64,000 nt of DNA, taken from contig NC_057719.1 of the NCBI RefSeq assembly GCF_004010195.1, positions 52,213,037 to 52,277,036 of the forward strand, given 5' to 3'. The notes beneath the pieces were generated by a model. It did not search any database. It was not told the DNA's origin and saw only the letters and a program-made list of their open reading frames with translations. Position 1 is the first letter of the stretch. Each line of letters opens with the position of its first letter. A program made the position numbers and the translations under genes. This DNA is from Chiloscyllium plagiosum (taxonomy: Eukaryota). Positions 39,723 to 51,961 of the stretch are shown piece by piece.

Positions 39723-40498
39723 AAACAAATACACTTGTCCTGAATGAAAGTAGCTCAATGCGTCCTTTCAAAGAATTAGGAAATCTGAGCTTTTATTAAA
39801 TTATTTGTGCAATCCTTTCTTTGGAACTCTGAGATCTTTCCAAATATTTCAGTCAAATCTTAAAGTCAGATGGTTAGCCTGATCCAATCTTAAATCTCTC
39901 CATGGATATATCAATGTAACTCATTTGTTAATCAGTCAGAATCACATTTGACCATGGCAATAAAGGATTTCTCCACCCAAATGAAGGTAATCTTTGCAAA
40001 CCTGTTCTGACAGGGAGGCTGAATGCGAATGTCAGTTCAGACTGGAATTTTAAATTAGTTCTTGTAATTGAGAATCTACAACCCAGCTTTGTGGTTATTG
40101 GGCCACTCACCATATCACCTTAATCTCAATATATACTGACAGAATTCTGCAGCGCTACGATTTACAGAAACATGCATATGAAATGGACATTCCTGACAAG
40201 GGATTGGCCAGAAAACTAGATAATTGCTACTCGCCTATAAAGGATATTATTACCAGGTGTACCTGTGCCTCAATATATTTGTTCCAGCATCAAATAATGT
40301 ACAATTTCTCATATATACAAAAAAATCAAGTGTGTAGAAGAGTTCAAATTTTAAAAAGGCCGGAAATACAGATAATTTAATAATTTATATCATGCACTTT
40401 ATGGGTGATCTGCACATTAATATCTAAATTACCTTTTTTTTAAAAAATTATGAAAAACAAGAGTAAAAAGCAAGACATTATCAATGAAAAGAGAGATT

Positions 40499-40723
40499 GA
40501 GTCGAGAGTGTGGTGCTGGAAAAGCACAGCTGGTCAGGCAGCATCCGAGGAGCAGGATAATCGATGTTTCGGGCATAAGTCTGAATGAGCCTCATTCCTG
40601 ATGAAGGGCTTTTGCCCGAAATATTGACTTTACTACTCCCCGGATACTGCCTGACCTGCTGTGCTTTCCAGCACCACACTCTAGACTCTGATCTCCAGCA
40701 TCTGTAGTCCTCACTTTCTCCCT
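40499..40723. mobile_element. Inverted (fold-back) PLE-terminus insertion with HHR
   Basis: Arms 40499-40579 and about 40608-40688; CTGATGA at 40598-40604. TSD AAAAGAGAGATTGA (40487-40500) / AAAAGAGAGACTGA (40724-40737). Confidence 0.87.
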
Positions 40724-43700
40724 AAAAGAGAGACTGAATCTGGGAACAAAGACTGAATAACCCCAGGCTGGAGTACATAAATTCTATGAATTCTGGAAGA
40801 GAAAACCACTTTTACAGTTCTGAGATCCTGTGAAAGAAATAAGTTCCAGTTGAAGATTGAATGAATTGTGTTGTCAATACTGGGAAAGTGCAAACACCAA
40901 ACCATTTACCTTGCCCACACAGAAACAAATACACTTGATAATCAGTAAGTGTAGCTTCATATAAGGATTAATTACAGTAGCAGGTTATATTTACTGTTAA
41001 ATGTCCCCATTTGCTGCTTGAACAGATTGATCCCATTAAGCTTTAGCACTGACTAATTGCTCACTTGCTGCTTGTATCTGCAGCTGCTTCATTTTAGAAG
41101 GGAAATTGTCACTGTTTTGGGACTGAAAAGCAGAGGAGGAGGTGTTCTGCATTTTTATTGAATTCGGGCACTGCAGTGCTATTTTGTCAAACTCGATATG
41201 CTGCTCCAGTGGGATTGGTGCAGAAAGTACAGTGTAACTCAGTACTGAATCTGGTCCAAATTCTGGAGGCAACCTTACTTATATTTTGTAGGCAGGTTCC
41301 TGGCAGAGTAGTGCAAAGGGAGAATTGGAGGGGGGGAGTTAAGGGATTGAGAGGAAAGGGTGACAGTCATGGAGAAGGACTGGGTGTTGGGAGAGTGATA
41401 GTAGGAGTCAGGCATATTGTTAAAGGTTGGTGTGTGGTTGGAGGTGGGTAGAGGATGGTGAAATGACTCTGTAAATGGAGATGTTTAGTACTGTATTCCT
41501 GGTCTGACATGCAAGTGCTATTCATATTGGGAATTACAAATGTATTGTTTTAGTGCTCAGATCACCACAAGCTCCAGGAAAATGATTGTCTTCAGCAGTT
41601 GACATGTTTTCATTATTTTTCAGCTCATACTGTGGCCCTGAAATAAGTATTCATAATATTAAAAAAATGCATTATTGTTTTAAAAATAACTACTTGCTAT
41701 CAATACTGAACATAAAGACAATCTGAATGTGATAAGGAGTTGTCAACTTTTTACTGAAGTTCTTGCCCAGCCTTTGCTGTTTAGTGATCAGCATGATTGA
41801 AAGATGAACCAAAAAAGATTCATGCAATTTCTTACATTCCCCTAAATAGACAATTGACTACTTTTGCTGACCAGCCAAATAATATTTAATAATTTTAAAA
41901 TTCTATGAATCATCAGTTCTGTTCATAACAGCATTTCAGATTCTGAGGGTGAAGCTAGTAAGCAAGGGCTTATAGCAATATATGATTTGTGATCAGTTTT
42001 GTTTGTACATTTTATTATCTGAAGTTTTGATAAAACTCTCCACTCTCCCACCAAAAGAGTGAAGAATGGTCCCATTGCAAAAGCTTCCTTGACAACAGAC
42101 TGAGTCTGGTAAGGGAATCTAAAAGTGGGGAAAAAATATTTGATCTCACCCTTACCAAACTGTTGGCTGCAGATGTATTTATTCATTATAGTATTGTTAA
42201 GAGTGACCGCTGCACAATCCTTATGAAGACAAAGTCCTGCTTTCACATCAAGAATATCCTCCAATATGTTGTGTGGCTTTATTGCTGTGGTAATTGGGAC
42301 AGACTTCGAACAGATCTAGCAGCTCAAGTCTGGGAACCCGTGAGGTTGTGTGGATGTTCAACAGCAGCAGACTTGTATTCCAGCACAATCTCCAACCTCA
42401 TGGCCCAGTATATCCCCAACCCAACCATTACCATCGAGCTACCAAATAGGAGTCCTTGTGTGCGAAACAGCATAGCAGAAGTAGCAAGATAGACAGAAGC
42501 AAGCGATCCCACAACCAATGGATCAGATATAAGCTCAGCAGTCCTGCCACGATCAGTCATAATTGGTGGTGAACAATTAATCAACTCAGTAGAGCAGAGG
42601 GCTCCACAAATATCCCCATCCTTAATGATAAAAATCCCAACACATCAGTACAAAGATAAGCAATCTTCAGGCAGAATTGCCAAATGGATAATCCATCTCA
42701 GTCTCCTCCAGCATTACAGATACAAGTTTTCAATCAATTCAGTTCACTTCATGTGATATCTAGAAATGGTTGGAGACACTTGATAATGCAAAGGCTAGGA
42801 TAGCATCCCAGCAATGGTACTGAAGACTTGTGCTCCAGAACTTGCTGTTCCTCTTCCAGTTGACTTACAATGCAAGCATCTACCAGACAATGTGGATAAA
42901 TTGCCTAAGTATGCCCTTATACAAAAAGCAGGAAAGTTCCAAACCAGCTAACTACAGCCCTATCAGTCTACTCTTGATCATCAGTAAAGTGATGGAAGGT
43001 ATCATCAACAGTGCTATCAAGCAGCACCTGCTCAGCAATAACCTGCTCCGTGATGCCAAGTTTGGGTTCCACCAGATCCATTCAGCTCCTGACTTCATTG
43101 CAGCCTTGGTTCAAACATGGACAAAATGAGCTAAATTCCAGAAGTGAAGCGAGGGTGACAGCACTTGACATTAAGACTGGATTTGACAATATGGCATCAA
43201 GGAGCCCTAGCAAGCCCTGTCAAAGAGACTTGGCACATAGCAAAATGATTGTAGTTGTTGGAGGTCAGTCATCTCAGCTACAGGACATCTCTTCAGGAAT
43301 TCTTCAGGGTAGTGTCTCAGATATCTGCTGCATCATCAATGACCTTACCTCCATCATAAGGTCAGAAGTGGTGATGTTTGCTGACGATTGCACAATATTC
43401 AGCACCATTCGCAACTCCTCAGATAATAAACAGTCCTTGTTCAAATGCAATATGATCTGAACAACATCCACACTTGGGCTGACAAGTGGCAAGTAAAATT
43501 TACACCACACAAATGCTAGACAATGACCATCTCCAATATGAGACAATCTAACTACCACCCCTTTGCACTCAATGATGTTACCATAATGAATTCCCTACAA
43601 TTAATATTCTTGGGGTTACTGTTAACCAGAAAATGAACTTGACTCATTACGTAAACACAGTGGCTACAAAAGCAGTTCAGAGTCTAGGGATACTACAATG

Positions 43701-44211
43701 GGTAATTCACCTCTTGACTGTCCAAAGTCTATCCATCATCTACAAGGACAAGTCAAGTGAGTGATGGATACTTCTCACTTGCCTGAATGGATTCATCCAA
43801 AAATACTCAAGAGGCTTGACCCTATCTTGGACAAAGGAGCATGCTTGATCGGCATTACATTCACAAGCATCAACTCTCTCCACCATCGATGCTCAGTAGC
43901 GGCAGTGTACTCTACCTGTAACATTCACTGCAGAAATTCACCAAACATCCTCAGACAACATCTTTCAAACCCAGAACTACTTCCATCTAGAAGGACAAGG
44001 GCACCAGATTCATGGAAACAGTGCCACTTGCAAGTTCCCCTCCAAGCCACACATCATCCTGACAGAAATATATTGTTGTTCCTTTATTGTTGTTGGATCT
44101 AAATACTGGACTTCTTTCCCTAAAAGCATTGTTGGTCATCCTACAGCATATGGAATGGAATTCAAGAAGCTAACTCACCACTGTTATGGACTTGACTAAA
44201 TCCCCTCAAAA

Positions 44212-44880
44212 TATGGATGTTGGTTTGCTCGCTGATTTGGAAGGTTCATTTTCAGATGTTTTGTCACCGTACTAGGTAAAATCTTCAGTGAGCCTCCGGA
44301 TGAAGCACTGCTGGTGTTTTCTGCTTTATATTTATATGCTTGGGTTTCCTTTGGTTGGTTATGTAATTTCCTGTGGTGATGTCATTTCCAATAATGATGT
44401 CATTTCCTTTTATTTCTTAGACGGAGGTAAATGGGGTCCAAGTTTGATAGAGTTCTGGTTCAAATGCCATGCTTCTCGGATCACTAGTATCCATACATAC
44501 AGATAAGGAAAGACACCACTTCGACTGGGACAATCATAGGACAAGTCAAACAGAGACCTGTGTGAGAATTCCCAGAAACATAGCATTCCAAACAGAACTC
44601 TATCAACAAACACATTGACTTGGACCCCATTTACCACCCCCGAGAAAAAGGAAATGATGTCAGCATAGGAAATGACATCACCACAGGAAATGGCATCACC
44701 AACCCAAGGAAACCCAATCATATAAATAGAAAACAAGAAGCATCAGCAGTGCTTTGTCCAGAGGCTCACTGAAGATGTTACCTAGTATGGTGACGAAACA
44801 TCTGAAAATGAACCTTCCAGCTCAGTGAGAAAACCTACATTCAGGACCTCAACTTGAGCTAGAAATCTTCTCAAAACTTG
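44212..44880. mobile_element. Third PLE family (Poseidon-like), inverted 3' ends
   Basis: Arms about 44214-44480 and 44565-44843; HTDKERHHFDWDN and NSINKHIDLDPIY endonuclease C-terminus. TSD CCCCTCAAAA at 44202-44211 and 44881-44890. Confidence 0.8.
44765..44805 (+). ncRNA. Minimal hammerhead motif (third family)
   Basis: TCA-CTGAAGA(44769-44775)-T-GTTACC-TAGTAT-GGTGAC-GAAA(44795-44798)-CATC-TGA; mirror copy on the minus strand at about 44252-44292. Confidence 0.78.
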
Positions 44881-47800
44881 CCCCTCAAAACATATTACAT
44901 ATATAGCTTAGACCATAATTTTTATTTATTTTAAAGGCAAATGCCAGGCATTGCATTGTGGATGCAATTGATTGGTCAAACTAGTCAACTTTAAGCAAAA
45001 TACACTTTGTTCGTACACTACAGTTAAAATAAAGACAAAATAAAAATAAAATAATTGGATTAACTATGACTGTATCAAAATGCATATCAAAATAATATAC
45101 ATGCTACTAATTAACTGTTCCAATACAGTTACATCCCATAAACATATTCTTAAAAAGGCAAAATTAGTAAAATAGATTGTCTCACATGCAATTCTAGCAG
45201 CCGGAAGAGAACCCCAGCTTTTAGCTGTAACAAAGAGAGGAATAAAAGCTTCCATGTCCAGACTCAAGATGTCAGCAACTGCAGAAAGCTAAAACTAAAA
45301 ATTGTGGTTCTGTGGCGCTTGACTCCACCCTTTCAGGCTGCTTCTATAGTTCTAACCTTAAAATAACGCCAAGGCATCATAAGCTGTTTACTTTATTGGC
45401 TTTGAGCAGACACTCTAGACCTTTGTCTCAGTCTTTCTTCACAAAAAAAGTCCCAAATACGCCTCTTAAAGCCAAATTATTGTCACACCATTACTTCTCT
45501 GAGGCAACCAGGGATGAGCAGTAAATTCTGGACAGTCAACAACACCCACACTCCATCAAAGCATTAAAAAGTCACATAGGATAGAAATGATCTGAAATGA
45601 TCTGCCAGAAACAATAACATGAGGACTGTATTTTGTAGGAATGTCACCTAGAAGCACATAGGCACATAAACTTTAACTGGCACTATGCCAACACTGCCAA
45701 GTGAGGAATGCATTGATGTTTGACCCAGATGGCTAGTTCTGTCGACTGCCCTCTGCATTTGGTGAAGTGAAGATAAAGTCCTCAGTGCTGTCAGCACTTC
45801 TCCCAAGTCCAAGTTCAGCCTAAAGCTGCCATCATCCCGTCACATGGCATGAGGAGCTGCTTGGCTGCACTACTCAGTGGTCAGCATTACTTTCATGGCC
45901 TGATCCCTTGCTCCTGGCCTTTATCCCATTTCTGGCCTTTGTCCCATTTTCAAGCTTATGCCACTGCTTCCATCCTTTGCAATCTTATTTGATCTTTGCC
46001 TCACCTTCAAGCTTTTGCCCTTGCTCCTGGCTTATACTGTTGTCTGCAGTGTTTTCTTCCACTCCCAAATTCTCAGTGCCTGGCTCACTGATATACAGAA
46101 TGTCTGCCTCAGTGCAGTCACATGTGCAGACGGTGATACAAACAGAATGTAAAGACGTTGACCAGGCGTGTGTACATTAATTCTGATTGAGGGAAGTCAT
46201 CGAACCTGTGTAGACATGTAGGCAGCCATTTTGAGGGCCATTTTTGCCTTTATGCCAATTACTCTACATTAACCATTGTCTGATGCAATGATTCTATAAG
46301 TTTTATAAATTAATTTAGTTTTAGTTAGCAATTAATTAAGTCAGGGAAAACAGTTTTGGTGGGATATTTCATTAAGTAAAAGTAGAATTGCAGGCCGAGG
46401 AAGAAAACAGCTCTTTTTGATCATCATACTCAGATGTGAAAGTTCTTGAAATTTCGTGTGTGTATATTCTAATTACCCAAGGTCACTACAGGGCTTTGAC
46501 TTGCCTCAATTCCATTGTGATAGAGATGAGAGATAACACAGAGAGTTATATCATTAGAACACCCACTGTACAATAGTTTAACATCCGATTTCTAAAGGAA
46601 CTGGAAATATTTTTTGTAGTCTAAGCAACTCAGAAAATTATGAAAAAGATACTCAAGATTATAAAATCTGCTAACATAATGAATTCTATTGAGGCACTCA
46701 ATGAAATAAGTTAGCATTTGTCCTATTATATTTATTTCAAAAGAACACCCATAATGCTATTGCAGTTTCTGCAGTCATCACAAATAATAAATTTTTTTTA
46801 AAATATGCAGAATTCTCCAACTTACCTATCATTTTAACTCTGGATTTAGATAAAGCATGGACTAGGTTTCTGACCTTAACAAGAATTATTATTTACTACA
46901 AGTAAATAGATTCTAACTGCAGATAAACAATTATGAACCACAACACATCACTCGACTCGTTAAAACTATAACCTACTTGTTAAACCGCCCCCAATCACAC
47001 TCACATAGACTGACACAAAAAATCATAAATATTATTGGTGAAGGGAAAGACTGGGATGGCAGTTCAGTGGTCCCTGTCTAAAGCATTAGCTGGGATGATC
47101 CTTTTGCTGATCAGAATGATGCTTCTCAATCTTCCTTCTTGTATACTTTTACTTATTTGCAGGAAGCTCAGGGTAACTTAAGTCACAGTTTACAGCAACT
47201 ATTGAGTGGAAATAAACTTGCTTTCTTTAGGCTTGAGATGTTGTTATTGCTGAATAAGCAACAGCTTCTTTCCTTCTGGAGGTCCAATACCTTCTGTCCT
47301 GGACATTCACACCCTACCTGTTCACCCATATGGGAACCAATCACATAGCTGTTGGAAGACAGAAGATTTTTGCCATTCATAACTGGTCACTAATCCCCAG
47401 ACCAGTCACCTGTTTGTTGCCAGAAAAAACTGTTTCGATACACATGGCTTGACTCCAGCTCATCTGCAAACATGTATTTCCTACTGTCTGAATAAGCAGC
47501 AATGTAAACAGCACTGACAATGAGTGACAGGTAACTTACTTCTACAAAGTGTAGTAATCTTTCCATAATCCTTGATTTTTAAAATAATCCTTTTCTCATT
47601 TCAGCACATGATCGAAAATGCATGATAATAGAAATAACATCAGCAGAAATGGTTTCTGTCCACCTACCCTTTCATTTCCTCTTACGTATTGAGAAACACA
47701 AATCAAATCATTTCCTAAGCTTCTAAATTCAAAATAGTATAACTTGTAATAATGTCTCCTCATATATATATGGATTTTACTATCTAATTCTGTTAATAGG

Positions 47801-47894
47801 ATGGCAAATTCTTGGAAGTCAGAGGTAAAAAGGCAACAGATGTTGTGAGTGAATTAGTTACATCAAAATACCAAGTTATGACTCCAGTAGTGTC

Positions 47895-47985
47895 CCTACC
47901 ACTGAGCCAGGAGGCATGCATTCAAGCCCCATGTGCTCCAGAGGTGCATAATAGCATCTCTGAACAGGCTAATTAGAACATATCT
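47895..47985 (+). mobile_element. Short tRNA-like SINE fragment
   Basis: GTGTCCCTACC..TGAGCCAGGAGG..TTCAAGCCCC..CTCCAGA; similar to 16345-16447. Confidence 0.5.
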
Positions 47986-48074
47986 AAGTGTGTACCAGGA
48001 GGCGCATGGGGCATTTACATGTCAGTGGACAGAATTATTCCAAAGGTTCCAAGTTAACCCTTTCAAACCATCTA

Positions 48075-48900
48075 AATTATACAATATCCTCCACATTGGT
48101 GAGACAAAAACAGACTGAATTACTATTTTGTAAAAGATCTTTATGCAGTCCATTAACCTGACTTTGACCTACCAGTCACTTGCCGTTTTAATACACTATC
48201 TTTCTCTCTTGGTTGTATTCCTGTCCTGGGTCTGCTGCAATTTTTCAGTGCAACGTAAGCTGGAAGAGCAGAGCCTCATTTATCACTAAGGCATTTTACA
48301 GCCTTCTGAACTCAAACTTGAGCTCAGACTATGGATTTAGACAATGATATCTGTCCTCCATGTTGTTATATTCCACTTCCCCAACCCTCCACCACCAATT
48401 TTCCAGTGTTTTATTCACATGGTTTATGGTTTTGTTTTTAGTAGATTTGAGCTAACCTATATCCCACTATTAACACTTACTTTGGTCCTGTGTCACTTCT
48501 TTAAGACCATTACTATTCTCTTTGCTGTTTGTTCTTTCCCCAAGCTCTGCTCACACTTCCCACCTTATTTTCCAGCATAGAACCTATCACTTCACTTACA
48601 AAGAAGAGTCATATTGGACCCAAACTGTTAACTCTTTTCCTCTCTCCAGAACTTTTTTTATTCATTTGTGGGATGTGGGCATTGCTGGCTGGCCAATATT
48701 TATTACCCATCCTGAGTTGCCCTTGAGAAGGTGGTGGTGATCTGCCTTCTTGAACCTCTGCAGTCCACCTGCTCTGGGTTGACCCACAATACTATTAGAG
48801 AGAGAATTCTAGGGTTTTGACCCAATGAGAATGAAGGAATCCTGCCAGATCTACTCAGATTCTCCTGCACACTGTTTTTATTTCAAACCCGCAGTTTTGT
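48075..48900 (+). mobile_element. Old PLE 3' fragment interrupted by a LINE tail
   Basis: ILHIGETK, RKLEEQSLI; degenerate HHR at about 48600-48635; tail resumes at 48841. Confidence 0.65.
48655..48840 (-). mobile_element. L2/CR1-group LINE 3' tail
   Basis: Reverse complement of TTCAAGAAGGCAG.TCACCACCACCTTCTCAAGGGCAA. Confidence 0.8.
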
Positions 48901-51849
48901 TTTGGTTTGTTTTCGGTTCAGTTTAATGTTTTATTTAAGAGATGAACCTCTGACAGTGCAACAGAGGCAAGCGTGCAACCAACTAAATGACAGTTGATAC
49001 ATACAGCTGATGCATAAACTCTGCAGTCAAGTATATAGTGACAATATTCGCACATACATCCATCAATCTTCAGTCAAGTGAATTACGGATATCTCTGTCA
49101 GTGGCTACATGTGTAAGGACATCAGTGACCAGGCAAAGAAAATCTCGAAATCTTCCTCATCAGTTTTTCATCATTCCGTTGTTAATCCTCCTTTTTCCTT
49201 CAACCTTCTGTAAAGGTGGTCTTCTATTAGCTGTCATCACTTGATGACAAATACCATTTGCATGATATTAATTTGGAACTAGAGTAGTGCAAAAGAAATC
49301 TTCCAGAGAAGACTTTACTTCTTGGATCAAAGCATAACACTGCTGACTTCAGGTAGATGACAACAAAAGACTGTGTGAATAGTAATCTCTTATCAAAACA
49401 GTTTATTTTATTTACCGTTGTCTGCCCAACAATGCAATACAAACTGTTTCCTTATACCAAGAGATTTATCATTAACAGAAAGTTTAATGTCAGTGATTGT
49501 CTGCATTTGTACTATATTTGAAATTGTCTATCTTCCTGCTGTGATAGAGCAGGGATTGTGTAAAATGATGCCTGTATTTTAGCTTGACAAGAACATTTGT
49601 TTAAAAAGGGAAATTATCAGTTGCTATTCCAATTACTAATATTCTACAGCTGAATTTTCTCTGAGCTGGAGGGCATTTGCATATAGTTATGTACAAGATT
49701 TGTTCGTTATCCAGGTACCAGAGAGAGCAAAACTCTTGTCCCATAACATGTCTCTCCCATGGTGTGAAATATGCACAAATAAGCACATCATTAAGAGCAT
49801 TATCTTTCATGACCATTGTTTTATCTAGCTATCTGTTTGATGGTGAACTCATCCACTGAATTGAAAAATTGTTTTATGATAAAATGGAAAGCTAGTTCAG
49901 GAAATTCTTGTGTTCTAGAATGGATAGAACACAGATGCAGCACAATCAGGTGAGGGATACCACAAAGTAATTTCAATTTTGAGTACAGCCTGAATACTAT
50001 TGCAATCTGATGAGACAAAACAAAGGTTAACATGACAATAAGCAATTACATCAAGTCAACATATGTTTATAATGCTTTAAGGTGGGTGATATAATGAGTA
50101 AAAGCATGCTTAGTCATAGAGTCATACAGCGCTGAAGAGGCCCTTTGGCCCATCAAGTCTGCACTGACCTGTCCACACTAATCCCACTTTCCAATAGCCT
50201 TGAAAATTATGAAATTTCAAGTAAAATTTAATAAAATCTTATTTTTAAGTTTTTATGTCATTTGAACATATAACTACAGCTTACCCAATTAAATGTTCAG
50301 AATTATACCAACAAAGTTTATATGCTCCAGTAGTTATGTTATAGTTATTGTGTTGACGCTATGACAAGGATGTACAGATTAGGGTGTTTTAATTTGCAGA
50401 GACTAATTAAACAGAGTTTTTAAACTTACTGGCATTAAACCAGGTTTATTTTTATCAGTCAGAAACTCCTCAGAATTTTAATGATAAACTGTGTTCAGTA
50501 GAGAGGAGGAGAGTTTAATATATCGTTCCTGATAATGTCAGTGAAAAACATAGCTTCAAATTATTGGAAAGATGATAAATGAGCTTAGTCTGCAGCCATG
50601 GTGTGCATGGAATTGGAAACAAAGTTAAAAAGAAATCTTACAGTTCATCGATAATGTACTGTCCCATCAACTTGGCAATTAGATTTTTATTGTACATGAT
50701 AATGATACTAATAAAATTTCTAGTTATATTGAAACTCATCTCAATCTGCAAAATAATGTGCATCATGATATGAAGATGGCAGAGCATGACAGTGATATTT
50801 GATTAATTATTTGCCTTCTTGTCTCTTTATTACCTGTTTACTATATCATTGTCTATGTAAATTCCTGTGAGTCAAGCAGTTTGAATTGATGATATTGCTT
50901 TTCCAGAAATGGATTCCCAAGGTACCACGTCTTTTGGCCAAATGACACAGATGGCAAATAATGGAATTCATTTACTGACATGTGACTGAGAGCAACTATT
51001 GAGCCTTTGACATGCAACATTATAATCTGGAGTCAACCACTCATCGATTTGAGCTATTAGACCACACATTTTAATTTCATATCTTCGATATCTTTAATAG
51101 TGAAGAAATGAGTGTGCATTTTTGTATGCCCATGGTTTAATAGCTATGTTGACTCAAAAACACCAATTATCTCCTCAGAGAATTGTATTGCCAGTAATAA
51201 AACTTCATGGAGTAGCTGCTCCTTACTCTGCAGCTTAATGTATTGCTTCATGTGTGTATAAGCACACTCTGAATATCATGCCACTAAGAAGCTGGTAAAT
51301 TAAAAATTGAATACTTAGTCAGTATATTTCAGATCAATGTCAGTTCATGAAAATAGCCAAGTTCAAGAGATGCTTAACTGAGCAAGCACAACAATTTGGT
51401 GAGTGCAAGAGGTAAGAAGCTGGGAAGTTGGAGGTGAATGACTCTTTTTACCACCTATAATACTGACAACTGTAGTGTGCTGGTTATACTCAAGAAACTT
51501 GACACCATCCCAACAAGGCAACCTGCTTGACTGTTATCCCATCCAGCATCTTCAACACTCAGTTCCTCTGGACCAACATATTGTGGCTGTGGTACATCAG
51601 ATCTAAAGATGTTCTGCTGCAACGTCAAAGTCTTTTTGGCAATATATCCAGTATCTGTAAATGTACATAAAATGGCAATGTACATAGAGGCAATGGCACC
51701 CTGTATTTTGGGGAAATATGCAATCTGTTCGACTTCTTGTGTTCATTTCACTTGTACATATCTGATAATAAGGTATGAGTTAAAGTTATGTTTCTGTCTA
51801 TATGGAATATCAGTGACTCCTTTTACAACTGTATACTGCAAAATGTGTT

Positions 51850-51961
51850 AGGTAAAAACAAGGACTGCAGATGCTGGAAACCCGAGTCAGGATTAGAGTG
51901 GTGCTGGAAAAGCACAGCAGGTCAGGCACCATCCAAGGAGCAGGAAAATCGACATTTTGGG
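51850..51961 (-). mobile_element. PLE-terminus mini-insertion
   Basis: Matches the 14373-14480 terminus; truncated in HHR stem II. TSD AAATGTGTT at 51841-51849 and 51962-51970. Confidence 0.8.

Larger units (their letters stand above)
44182..45487 (-). mobile_element. Solo LTR
   Basis: TGT...ACA termini flanked by CCAC/CCAT; cleanly interrupts the LINE tail; homologous to 4690-5110 in the opposite orientation. Confidence 0.78.
42170..45570 (+). mobile_element. L2/CR1-group LINE ORF2 and 3' tail, split near its end by an LTR
   Basis: NWDRLRTDLAAQ, PANYSPISLLLIISKVMEG, AKFGF, ALDIKTGFD, SSGILQGSV, MFADD. The tail breaks at 44181 and resumes at 45488. Confidence 0.88.

Noticed and set aside
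45600..46260. GC-richer segment (also 28300-28520, 41170-41470, 46830-47660, 7150-7420) as possible DNA-transposon or LTR remnants
   Set aside because: No termini, TSD or protein motif that I can demonstrate.
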